Source: Takakia lepidozioides (Eukaryota; Plantae; Bryophyta). Taken from it: a DNA stretch of 64,000 nucleotides. The stretch is from positions 95,976,001 to 96,040,000 of the forward strand of contig CM060731.1 of the NCBI GenBank assembly GCA_030704615.1, read 5' to 3'. The notes below the pieces were generated by a model that made no database searches, had not been told where the DNA came from, and saw only the letters and a program-made list of their open reading frames with translations. This document shows, piece by piece, positions 38,722 to 49,500 of this stretch (positions within the stretch are counted from its first letter, which is position 1; the number at the start of each line of letters is the position of its first letter). A program made the translations under genes and the position numbers.

Positions 38722-40671
38722 TTATCCAGAATGAACAGGCTGCCTTGCGATGTCCTGGCTGATTACAATAGTAACATAGCTCTTCACCATTGGGTCCTCG
38801 CCCTTGGTCTGGTCTTGGATTATTTCTATAATCCTGATTCCGGGCTGGTAATTCCCCCTTGGATTACCCTGATAGTTGCCTCTGGAATTTCCTTGGTAAT
38901 TCCCTCTTGAATTACCTCTCCCTTCCATGCCATTGTTATAACCACCAGACCTACCATAGTGGTCCTGATCATTGCTTCTTCTTGGCTGGGGCTGCACCTG
39001 ATGCACCCTCACTTGCCTAGGTTCTCTTGCAGCTGTCCTTCTGTTGTAGTAACAATTCTCAGTAGAATGGTTATCCATTTTACAGATAGTACAGTGTTTC
39101 TCCTTCATGTGGCATTCTGTAGTGGTATGGCCTTCATTCTGGCACTTTGCACACCATACACCCTTCCTCCAATGTGTTGCAGCCTCTGTGGCATACTTCT
39201 TCAAGATTTCTTCCAATCTTTTCTCATAGTTATCCCTCTTCAACTTTTCCTTTCTCTTACTCTTTCTTTTTAGTTCTTGCTCTTCTTCTTCATCTGACTC
39301 ATCTTCAGAGTCCTCATCTTCCTTTTTCTCTCTCCTGAGCATTCCCAATTGCTCAATTCTGTTTGCAGTTTCAAATGCCTCCTCCACTGTATTATGGGGT
39401 AACATATCCACTTTCTTCTGCAACTCTGGTCTTAGTCCACTCACAAACCAAGTCTTCTGTAAACCGGGTGCTGGTACTGCAGCCAGCTTTTTCATCATCA
39501 ATTCCATCTTCTCCATATACTCTTCAACAGTTTCATGCTTCTTCTGCTTCAGCTGTTGTAAACTTCCATACACTTCATCCTCAGTTTTACTTGTCCTGAA
39601 CCTATTTCGAAATGCTGTATTCAAGCCATTCCAGGTTAGGAAATGATTATCAGGGAATCTTGCATACCATTCACTTGCTTTCTTGATAAGTGAACAAGGA
39701 AACAGTCTCATCTTGGCATCATCGCCATTCTCATTGTTCACTATACACATGTGCTCAAATTGGCTAATGTGTACATCGGGATCCCCTTTTCCTGAATATA
39801 TTGGAAAGGGTGGTTTTGCCCGTGTTGGTTGTAACGCCATCTGTGGCCCTACCTTCTGCCCACTGACAGGTGCTGGCACCCTTGCTGGTGCTGGTCCTTC
39901 TGGACCTGTTGTTTTTGTGGTGGATCTTCCACCAAGTGGTGGCCCTTGAGCACTCCCTGCTTCTGGCCCCACGATATTCACAGTATTCCCAGCTTCAGTT
40001 GCACTACTTCCCACACTCCCTGTCCCCCCAGAGCCAGATCCAGGCAGCCCGCCTGATCCCCCTGAGCCGACACCTTCGTTGGCCTGTGATCCAAGTGCTC
40101 CACTTGATCCAGGTCCAACGGGTTGGGATGTCCTGGTTGTAGTCTCAACCTCAGCTGTTGGGTCTACTTCTTCATATTCTTCCTCTTCCAATTTCTTCTC
40201 TCTGTTTTCATCCTCCAAGTTCTGCCCTTGGGTTTCTTCTTCACTCATGTAACTCAACTGTAATGGTGTTGGAGAGTCTGAACTCTCCGTTGGCTCTGCC
40301 ACATCCTCATCTCCTTCTTCATCTTCTGCTTCAGAAACTGGAGTTCCTGCTTTTGGTGTTCCATGCCAACTCTTATCAAAGATTTCTGTCAAGTCTTTTA
40401 TCCAAGGATGTACCTCAGATCTTTCACCTCGTGATTGATCTTCTTCCTGTACCAATTCCCTTAATCTTTCTTGCAAAGAAACAGAAGGAGTGGCATCCAA
40501 CTCTAGTTCTTCCGGTATAGGTGATGCACTTTTTGATCTTGATGGTGTGAGAGGTCCAGATGATTCCCCTATGTCTATTCCTCTCTCCCAAAGATATGGA
40601 TAATTAGCTTTCAGATAGCTTTCTCTTTTTGATGAATATCTTTGTCGTCTAGCTTCTCTTTCATCACTCAT
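38722..40671 (-). CDS. gag: gag of copy B with three CCHC zinc knuckles
   Basis: 649-aa ORF with CAKCQNEGHTTTEC and CTICKMDNHSTENC. After one frameshift CYYCNQPGHRKAAC follows, in frame with 38351-38707. Confidence 0.92.
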   Translation of the reverse strand: MSDEREARRQRYSSKRESYLKANYPYLWERGIDIGESSGPLTPSRSKSASPIPEELELDATPSVSLQERLRELVQEEDQSRGERSEVHPWIKDLTEIFDKSWHGTPKAGTPVSEAEDEEGDEDVAEPTESSDSPTPLQLSYMSEEETQGQNLEDENREKKLEEEEYEEVDPTAEVETTTRTSQPVGPGSSGALGSQANEGVGSGGSGGLPGSGSGGTGSVGSSATEAGNTVNIVGPEAGSAQGPPLGGRSTTKTTGPEGPAPARVPAPVSGQKVGPQMALQPTRAKPPFPIYSGKGDPDVHISQFEHMCIVNNENGDDAKMRLFPCSLIKKASEWYARFPDNHFLTWNGLNTAFRNRFRTSKTEDEVYGSLQQLKQKKHETVEEYMEKMELMMKKLAAVPAPGLQKTWFVSGLRPELQKKVDMLPHNTVEEAFETANRIEQLGMLRREKKEDEDSEDESDEEEEQELKRKSKRKEKLKRDNYEKRLEEILKKYATEAATHWRKGVWCAKCQNEGHTTTECHMKEKHCTICKMDNHSTENCYYNRRTAAREPRQVRVHQVQPQPRRSNDQDHYGRSGGYNNGMEGRGNSRGNYQGNSRGNYQGNPRGNYQPGIRIIEIIQDQTKGEDPMVKSYVTIVISQDIARQPVHSG

Positions 40672-40692
40672 GTCCCATGTCTTTCATTTCTT

Positions 40693-41388
40693 TTAATGTG
40701 GCAATAACCAAAACTCTCTTCTGTAATATCTCTCGTATATGCCTGGATTTCTTTCAAGCTTCAATGCACCCTTGGCTATACTTGAAGTCTCCGTTACCAT
40801 ATAACCATATGGCAAACAAGTCTGAAAAGCTGTTCTTGGTGTGAGTTTGATCCACAAAATATCCTTTGGAATCCAATTCTTTACCAGTACAAGCTCTTCA
40901 TGCATATGAGTATAAACATTCACCTTTCTTTCTTCCCAGCCTTCAAACTCTACTCGTTTAATGGATAGCAACGCTATCACATAAACTAATGTTGGTAACC
41001 AACGTGCTCTTCCTCTACAGGCTACCTGATAAATCTTTATCACTCCTTTCTCCAGACCCCATTCTGGATCAGCATCATGCACTCGTTTAAGAATATTTTC
41101 TTTACATCCGTCTGGCAATTCCAAGAACCTTTGAAAGAATTGTTTGGACAATCTTTCTTCCTTCGTTCCACAGGGAATTTGATTCACTTCAAATTCTTTA
41201 ATGGTCCAACCACCATGATCCCACCAGATGCCTGTCACATCTGGTTGTTCATGTCCCAGGTCCCCAGTATGGTCGCCAAATGTCGCGCGGCTTTTACTCA
41301 CCCATCCCTTCGCTATCCGAGGCGGAAACTCCAAGATAGAAGAGTTGGAAATCTCTAAGTACTCAGCCCGCGCAGAACAATCAGTCAT
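40693..41388 (-). CDS. ORF0: 231-aa unknown protein upstream of gag, starting inside the 5' LTR
   Basis: Open and conserved in copies B and C with many synonymous differences and the same stop. Confidence 0.65.
   Translation of the reverse strand: MTDCSARAEYLEISNSSILEFPPRIAKGWVSKSRATFGDHTGDLGHEQPDVTGIWWDHGGWTIKEFEVNQIPCGTKEERLSKQFFQRFLELPDGCKENILKRVHDADPEWGLEKGVIKIYQVACRGRARWLPTLVYVIALLSIKRVEFEGWEERKVNVYTHMHEELVLVKNWIPKDILWIKLTPRTAFQTCLPYGYMVTETSSIAKGALKLERNPGIYERYYRREFWLLPH
41261..41278 (-). other. Primer-binding site of copy B
   Basis: TGGCGACCATACTGGGGA, 2 nt after the LTR end. Confidence 0.85.
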
Positions 41389-42343
41389 GACCTACAGCTA
41401 GTGTATCATGGGGGTGTTTCCTATTTGTTTCCTTTTCCGCATTCATCTTAGCTACCTTACCATTGATAATTAAGTATCAGTTTGCTTCATCAATTTATCG
41501 GTTTCCTTAACTCCTCCATTCAATCCACAGCTTCACTCAGATCTCTCTACACAGTGTGATTGTATCGTATAAGTATCAGATTATGATTTATCAGGTATCA
41601 GGCCGAAGCCATTATGTCTCTAATCTGCTCTACAATATCACTCTAGCTTTGCATATAACAAGCATCTACTAATCCTCTTTCTCCTTCATCGTGCTCTCCG
41701 ATCTCCGCTCCCGCCTGTCTCCGAAGTCCTCCCGAATAATGATTTCCTTCCTATTCCCCGTTCTTCCCTTTATCCTCCTATCCGCGGTTCTAACCGTTTC
41801 CCTCTCTAACCGTCGTATGTGAACTAACATGTTCCCTTCACTGGTGTTGTTCCCCACAGTCGTTCCCTGTCCTACTCTTCGTTCCCTATTATCGTGACAG
41901 CTGTGTCAAGCGGTGACTGGCTGTGTTTGGCTGTGTCGGGCTGTGACTGGCTGTGTGGGCTGTGCTGCTGTGACGACTGTGACGGGCTGTGTGGGCTGTG
42001 TGGGCTGTGTGGTGTGACGACTGTGACGGGCTGTGTTGGGCTGTGTGTGGGCTGTGTGACGGCTGTGTGGGTGTGTGGGCTGTGTGGGCTGTGACGACTG
42101 TGACGGGCTGTGTTGGCTGTGTGGGCTGTGGACGGCTGGTGGGCTGTGTGGGCTGTGACGACTGTGACGGGCTGTGTTGGCTGTGTGGGCTGTGACTGCT
42201 GTGTCGGCTGTGTGGGCTATGTAACCCCCTTCTACAGTGCGCTGCTGTCACCCTAAGGTTCCTGTTTGTCTCAGTCTGTGCAAAATTTAAGGGTACCCTA
42301 CAGATCCCGTATAAGTGTCTAAGTCCCCTACAGTCCTCTAACA
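41281..42343 (-). repeat. 5' LTR of copy B
   Basis: TGT...ACA termini, adjacent PBS and TSD. Confidence 0.96.
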
Positions 42344-42348
42344 GATAT

Positions 42349-43141
42349 CTCTAAGCACTCAGCCCGCCCTAAGAACAATCAGTCATGACCTGCAGCTAGT
42401 GATCATGGTGTGCCTCCTATTTGATTCGTTCCTGCCTCATGTATCAATTTACCTACTGTATATACTAAAGAAATCAGATTGCTTCAGTATCTACAAGTTC
42501 CAGTTAATCATGCATTCATCCACAGCTTCTTTCGTGTCTCTCTACACAGTATGTTTGTATCGATTCAGTATCGGTTAAGATGAATCATGTATCTGCCTAT
42601 GCCATGGTGTCTCTATTCTAGCATTCTATATAATCTACACTTGCATTGACTAAGCCTCCATCAAGTCATCATCTCTCTTCAACTGTTTCCCGCTCTTCGT
42701 ACGTATTCCCTCTCCTGAACCAAGTCGCCCTCCTCCGAAGTGATCCCCTTCCCGTTGCCGCCCTCCTAATCTACCCGCAAGCTGTTCTAACCACCTAACT
42801 AATAACTGTTCACCATTGAAGTAACACGTTCCCTCTGCAGACGTCGTTCCCTCACAGTCGTTCCCTGTTAATGATAACTGTTCCTGTTACTGTGACAGGT
42901 TGTGTCAAGCTGTGCCGAGATCGGGACTAGCTGTGTAAAGCTGGTGTGTGTCGGGCTGTGTGAAGCTGTGTCGGGCTGTGATAGACTGTGACGGGCTGTG
43001 ACTGGCTGTGTCGGGCTGTGTGACCCCCCTAAAGCCTGCTCCTGCCACCCCTAAGGCTCCTGTTGGTCTCAGTCTGCGCAAAAATTAAGGGTACCCCACA
43101 GAACCCATAAAAGCGTCTAAGTCCCAAGCAGCCCTCTAACA
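42349..43141 (-). repeat. Remainder of the 5' LTR of copy C (divergent LTR subfamily)
   Basis: Continues the LTR sequence interrupted at 29608 and ends ...GCCCTCTAACA. Confidence 0.88.
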
Positions 43142-43799
43142 ACCTCCATCCCAACCCTCTGCCCTCCCTCGCTGCATCTGTTTATTGAAGGAAAAAAAGG
43201 GCAAGTGAGACATGGAATGGTGGGGAAGGGAGAGAGAGAAACAGCCTGCTCCCAGCCCCCTCACCTCCAACCCAACCCTCATCCCTCACTATATACATCT
43301 GTTCATGGAAGGGAAAAAAAAAATAGGGGGAGCAGCAGGGTGGGGATGGGAGAGAGCAAGAAAACAGTGAGCGTGGACAGCTGACCCAGAGCCCAACGCC
43401 CTGCCCTCCCTCTCTGCATCTCTTTATTGAAGGGAAAAAAAAGAAGAAGAGGGAGAATGTACCCATACGACGTGGGTTGCCGTACTGAAGGTAGGTTCTG
43501 GCCATTGACCCCACGCCCAGTTTGATGGCAAACCAAAGGGACAGAACCTACCTTTGAGGGGGGCTAACATTCGAGTTGAAGACTTACCTTCATACATAGA
43601 ATTGACCCAGGTTTTCCAGAGATTCTCTACAAAGCATCAATCTGTTGTGTGTGATTTGCCCAAAAACTAGCAGGGCTCAGAGGGCCTGGGGTTTTGGCTC
43701 AGCCTCGAAACTTTCAAAGTTTGTAAACAGTGGTACTGGCACAATTCCCTTAGTGGATTAAGAGAGAGAGTGTCTCTTTGGTGAGAGAACCCCGGAAGG

Positions 43800-44850
43800 T
43801 GTACCATAAAATGAATATTGTCTTCAAGTTGCCCTCACAACAGGCAATTGCACTCTCCCTTTCCTCTCTGTTTCTGTTTGCTGTTCAAAGGTAGGCTTCC
43901 TTCCCTGAGTTTAAATTTCAGTATACTGCCGTGAGAGGGTACAACCTGCAGGTCATCAAATGCCAAACTCCCTCATGTCACAGACTGGAAAGAACTTGCG
44001 GAAAGTGCTTTGCCTAACTTCATTTTCATTAGACAACTTCATGGCAACAGACATGGCTTTGGACACTACAGCCTGTAAATGAAAATGATTACCAGTAGGG
44101 TCAAGACTTCCAGATCCACATCCACGTCCTTGAGATTCTCTTCTGCCAGGTCTTAGCGGGTTTGACAGGGCGGTTCTGTTTCCAAGATGGAGAGTCCATT
44201 AACTTATGATATCTGGTGTTGGACATATGTTGCAGCTGACCCCACCATGACGTTATCCTCTAGCCCCCAAAGATAAAACTATGTCTTCGCACAATCAATC
44301 AACTCCTGGAAATTGGTGGGAGTCTCCCCTATACCTACGAAGACATCTGCAAACATAAGGGCTGCTATGGTGCTACCACCCACCCTTAACCCAAATCCCT
44401 GACTTTTGACATCCTACAGAAGTTCATTCATGACAACATTGAAGAGCAAAGGGTGGAGAGTGCAGCCTTGAGCTACACCTTGGTCTATGTGAAAGAAGTT
44501 GGACTTCTGTCCATTAACAGTGACACAACTTTTGGTTGTGAGCGTGTGAGCATACAAGTTGTGGGAACTCTCCACATCTTCCTTGATCCGACAAGACCAG
44601 AGGCGGAAGCCATAGGCCATGTCTCCAGACTATGTCATAAGCCTCTTTGTCACCCAAGAAAAAACATATGTGGGTTTCCCTTGTTTTTCCCTTACCAGCA
44701 TAATCTGGCTTAGAGTGAATATATGATACACACAGCCCCTGTTTCGGCAACATCCAGCTTGGCCTTCGTGGAGACAACCTCTACATTCCAGATCAACCTG
44801 GAGACGAGTACTTAATAACTTTGGAAAATGTCTTGCCAACAACATTGGGG
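43800..44850 (-). pseudogene. Non-LTR (LINE) reverse transcriptase remnant
   Basis: EGQAGC.RNRGC..HIFTL, AYDIVWR, QGVAQGCTLHPLLFNVVM, AALMFADV (a decayed FADD). Its 3' part (~43850-44140) is repeated at ~45085-45380. Confidence 0.8.
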
Positions 44851-45939
44851 AGCGTGACCCCTCACTGTTAGACCTAGAAGGAAGCCAAGAAAAAGGAATG
44901 AGAGATGGAGTGGTGGGGAAGGGAGAGAGAGCAGCACCCTGCTCCTAGCCCCCTCACCTCAATCCCAACACTCACCCCTCCCTATCTACATCGGTTCATG
45001 GAAGGGAAAAAAAAAAAATGGGAGAAAGGGTGGGTGGGGAAGGGAGAGAGCTGAAAAAACAGCGAGCCCACACAATGGGCAATTCCACTCTCCCTTTCCT
45101 CTCTACTTCTGTTTATTGTTCAAAGGTAGGCTTCCTGCCCTGAGTTTTAATTTTAGTCTGGTGCCGAGAGTGGGGGGACCCTTCAGGTTATCCATGATAT
45201 CCTCCCCCATGTCACAGACTGGAAACAGGTTCAAGGAAGTTTGCTGCCTAACTTCATTTGCATCAGACAATTTTCTGGTAACAGACATGGCTTTGGACAC
45301 TACAGTCTCTAAGTCAGATTTATCCAGCAAGGTCGAGACTTGCGGGTCTAGATTCGGATCCTTGAGACACTCTTATACTAGAATAGCGTCATTGTCAATG
45401 TACATTATTTACAATATCCCAACTGGTGGAAGACTGTCACCCAACTAGTAAGAAGGGGTAGCGGATTCTACTCTCATCCCAAATCTCCCCAGATGGACAT
45501 TCCGTTGCCCTGCATCTGTTTGAGGGCGTTGTGCTCGCTAGCAGATCTCCTCCTCAGAAATACTCATATACCTCCGGAGACCCTCCTGGCCTGTTGTGTT
45601 GTGGTATGTCCATCCTTCTTCTTGTCGGATGTTGACTTCATACGACGCTTGGCCTTGACTGGAACAAATAAACCAATCCATGAGACAAATCAGTATACTT
45701 TCCAGATTCATGGTGCGTAGCAGGGACGGGAGACTTCCCGTGCTTACTGACCCATTCTAACCTTCTAACCTATACTCCAAGACACATCGGTTGACATAAA
45801 AAGAAGAAGTTTGAAAGCAAAGAGGTGGGAACATACCTAAAAAACACACAAGATCAGTAATCCCTAGGGGATTTGCATATCTCGCTAGCCAAACCCAATC
45901 AGGGTGAGAGCTATCGACAGGCATCTAAACTTTTGCACA

Positions 45940-46200
45940 CTTCCAGTAATTCTCCTCCATGTACTCTTGAACTGTCGGAGATGACATCATGCCAGAAAGG
46001 AATGGCCATAAAGCCTCAAAGAATCTCGTCCCTCCTTGACGATCGGCGTTAGAGTGCCATCAAGGATTCTCGGGTAAAAACCAGTGTTCAAAGGGTTCCT
46101 CAGGGCTTCATCAATCAAAAGCGTTTGGCCTTTTAGGCCGTAGGGCTTACAACTTCTCCCGAAGTGTTCCCAAAAACAAACAATGTCTTTAATGTAGAAC
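45940..46200 (-). pseudogene. Second FCP1/NIF phosphatase-like remnant
   Basis: Manual translation: FYIKDIVCFW...QTLLIDEALRNPLNTGFYP, then after a frameshift ALWPFLSGMMSSPTVQEYM. Parallels 10603-11103. Confidence 0.55.
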
Positions 46201-46219
46201 GGTTGTATTGAGACAATGT

Positions 46220-46557
46220 TGTTAGAGGGCTGTCTGGGACTTAGACAGTTTTACGGGTTCTGTGGGGTACCCTTAATTTTGCGCAGACCTACGGGTGGTA
46301 GAGTCAGACCAACACAGACCTTAGGGGTGGCAGACAGGCTCACACAGTCAGTCACAGGCTTACACAGCCTATCACAGCCTGATACAGTCAGACACAGCCT
46401 AACATAGCGTGACACAGCATGACACAGTCAGTCACAGCCGTCACGACGTTCACAGGGAACGGTTATCATTGGCAGGGAACAACATCTGCAGAGGGAACGT
46501 GCGATTAGGCGGTTAGAACAGCTTGCAAATAGAATAGGCCGAGTAGCGACATGGAGA
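46220..46557 (+). repeat. 5' part of an LTR (C-like subfamily) interrupted by TIR element copy 2
   Basis: Starts TGTTAGAGGGCTGTCTGGGACTTAG and ends abruptly at the TIR. Confidence 0.85.
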
Positions 46558-49500
46558 GGGGGCTGCTATTTCATGAGCGGCATGAGCATGAGCGGAAAAA
46601 AAAAAAAGCATGAGCAGACCATTGTGAGTCCACGGAAATAGGGTTAGGAGGCACGGAAATAGGGTCATGTGAAGTTGGAATGTGGCACCAGTGGACTTGA
46701 AATGCAACATTTTTTGCAAATTTGTGTGGCAAGCCACGTCTATACAAGTGTGGTTCTAACTGTCATAGCCGGAATGGGGCACTACTCTCCTACACCCTCC
46801 GAGGAACTTGCCCCACCTTCTTCCTCATCCCCCTCATCCCCCTCATCCTTCGAGCTCTGTGATGCATCAGTTCCACTATGCCTCTCAAAAATCCCGTCCT
46901 CTCCTTGGGGGACTGTCCACCTCACCTCCTGGGAATCTTCTGCGTCTTCTCCCCCACTTTCCTCAGCAGAATCCAAGACAAATCTACGAGCCCGACGGGC
47001 TCTAATAGCTGGCTGCCTCCTCCCTCATCTTCATTTTCTTGAGGCTTGCTCTCGTCTAAAATCTGCTGTACACGACTACGTTCGGAACACCTCCTAATGG
47101 ACACCGAAGCAAGCCGGGCAGCATAAGTAGGAAAGGATGTACTCCCTTTCTGGACTAGGCATGAAATCCCCCCTGGCAAAAAAAGGCACGTTCCTCCTGC
47201 CCATGAACTCCGGTGTAGACGGCCCTCCGGCAGTACTGGCATCCTACAGTAAGAACAAATCCACTTGAAGAATGTCAATACCAGCACAACCAGAAAGGGT
47301 TTTCAATGAAATAAGAGAGCGGAGGGAGGGTGCCTCACGAAATCTGGAGGCAACTTTACAATGCCACCACTCACTCGTAAAACCGGGGGCTCCTCGGCCT
47401 CGATCCCAAACTTCCTCCCCCTTGTCCTTCTTGGATTTTTCCTCATCCTCCGAGGATGCCTCTTCCTCTTTCGGCAGACGTTTCAGCCGCTTGCAAGTTC
47501 CGAGTTTGGAGGGCAGTATCTGGCTCGAAGGCGAAACAATGCCTATCGGACAACGTCCCTGCCCACATTGAAGCACCTGAGGAACAAAGCGGGCGGGTTG
47601 TTGGTGTAATAGCTTGCGGCATGCAATTGCAGTCGGGCCAGGGGACAAACTGAGCACGTGTGAAGGCTTACCGTGCCGCACATGTGAGGTCCAGAATCCG
47701 CCCTTGGACATTTCCGAGCACGTCCCATGAGGGTTGGATGGAAAGCAGGGATAAGGGTCAGGCTTGGATGCCCAGTGTTTTGCCGTTTTGTGTTTTCCTC
47801 GAGTGTTTTTGTGTTTGTTTTGTTTTGGAGGTGGGTTTTTTGGTCTGTTGTGTACCGCCACGGTTTGCCTGTCGTGTCTTCGGCATACTGGGGAAGTGGG
47901 GCACATGTTGTAGTGAGGACATCGTAGGTAAGGGTCCACAGCCGGCACGTGCGGAATTTGAAACGTAGACCCTCTTCACCAAGCAATTATGCCTCAAACA
48001 CCAATGCCTGCACATCCAACAAGAGGATCAACTCAGGGTCTACCTTAACATTACCACCACCAATATGAAGTGAATGCAAAGATTGATAACTTACACTTTG
48101 GGCCTCTGTTCGCAACCCCTGCGTACTGATGCAGCAAGAACCATTTTCTAGGAGGACCGGGGTGACAATTTTCGGTGTCCACCTTGCCACCGCATTCTCT
48201 GTGTCTTCCTCCATGGCAATGACAACACACACATCCAAGTCATCAAGAAGCATACCAGCCAGCCCAAACCGGCTTTCCAGTAGTCCTCAAAAAACCTGTT
48301 CCGGGGGCACACATCCAGGCCCCTCCAGGCAGCTCCCCATCTGGGAATGTCTAGAGGAGAATCATGTCGCAAGCTCTCTCCACCTCAACCCCCCCACCGA
48401 GTGCTCTTGCAATTCGTGTGACTCAAAGTCCGTGAAGAATTCCATCATGGCTTCAAAAAAACCAGGGGTGTCTTTAGGCTCTGTACCGCCAGCCCTCTTC
48501 TTGGCTTTCCCCTTCTGCTCCGCCAGAGAGACTTGCCTTGTTGTGTGCCACCTTCTTCGCCTTGGCAGCGAGAGCGTCAAGAAGCTCTCATTGACGCATT
48601 GGATGATGTGAGGTTATAGCTTTGGCCTTGGCCTATGCGTAACGTCCCCGCCGAATACCGGCGTGTAGGCTCGCCCCCTAAAATGCCAAACTTCCTTGCA
48701 AGAAGCCAGTCCCACTCCGAACTGACTTGGGAACCCGGACAGACCGGTGACTGGGTAAGGGCAAAAGCAGTCGAAGGACTTGAACGAAGTCGTCGTCCGA
48801 GTGGTTTTTTTCCACTCTTGGGTCCCCCTCCTGCGCCTCCTCCGATGCCCCGATGGTTTTCTTCTTTTTGGGTGGTACTGCAGTCACCTGTTCCTTGTCC
48901 TTTCCTTTGACCTTTACTCTTCTCATGCAATTTCTCCTGAATTCCTGCCTGAGCAAGCTCTGCCGCTTTCCTGGAGTCGCAAGCGATTTTGCCTCTTTTG
49001 CACCCAATGGAGGCAGCGGAGCCCCGGTTTCGTCGGAATTCAGCATCCAGCGTCAATTGAAACTCGGAGGCGGTCGAGCGAGCCGGGCGGAAGGTCCACA
49101 TACCAAGGGCAATCACGCAAATGTTCCAGATGCCACTCCTTCACAATATCGTCAGTGTACATGGAGCAGCCCCAGGGTTCCTCCATGCCGAGGAGGAAGA
49201 AGGGTGGCTCGAAAGACAGATGACCTTTCTCCAAAGGGGAGAACTTACAGTACCTGCATTCATGAAAAACACAATGAGGTCCGAAAATGGCTAAGTCCCT
49301 GAACGGGCAATAGGGCCTACAACTGGAAAAATGGCGCCGAATTTCCACTTCAGGGCCAGCCAGTCTAGGGACTTAGCCCGAAAAAATGGCTAAGTCCCTG
49401 AACGGCAATAGGGCCTGGAACTGGAAACTGGCCGCCGAATTTCCAGTTCAGGGAAACCCAGTGTCTAGGGACTTAGCCCGAAAAATGGCTAAGTCCCGGA

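Larger units (their letters stand above)
29609..42343 (-). mobile_element. Near full-length Gypsy copy B with 5-bp TSD GATAT
   Basis: Two very similar LTRs (29609-~30670 and 41281-42343). GATAT at 29604-29608 and 42344-42348. Contains PBS, ORF0, gag, pol and the extra ORF. Confidence 0.96.
23251..43141 (-). mobile_element. Gypsy copy C: pol-less (ORF0, gag, extra ORF), 3'-truncated, 5' LTR split by copy B
   Basis: 5' LTR halves at 42349-43141 and 29537-29608, PBS at 29517-29534. Gag 27125-28928 joins directly to the extra ORF. Homology with copy A stops at KLPDMV (~23251). Confidence 0.88.

Noticed and set aside
36847-38830. Programmed frameshifts in gag-pol of copy B
   Set aside because: Shift positions differ between copies A, B and D (e.g. 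D is open across B's shift near 37920) and often fall in homopolymers, pointing to mutation or sequencing error.
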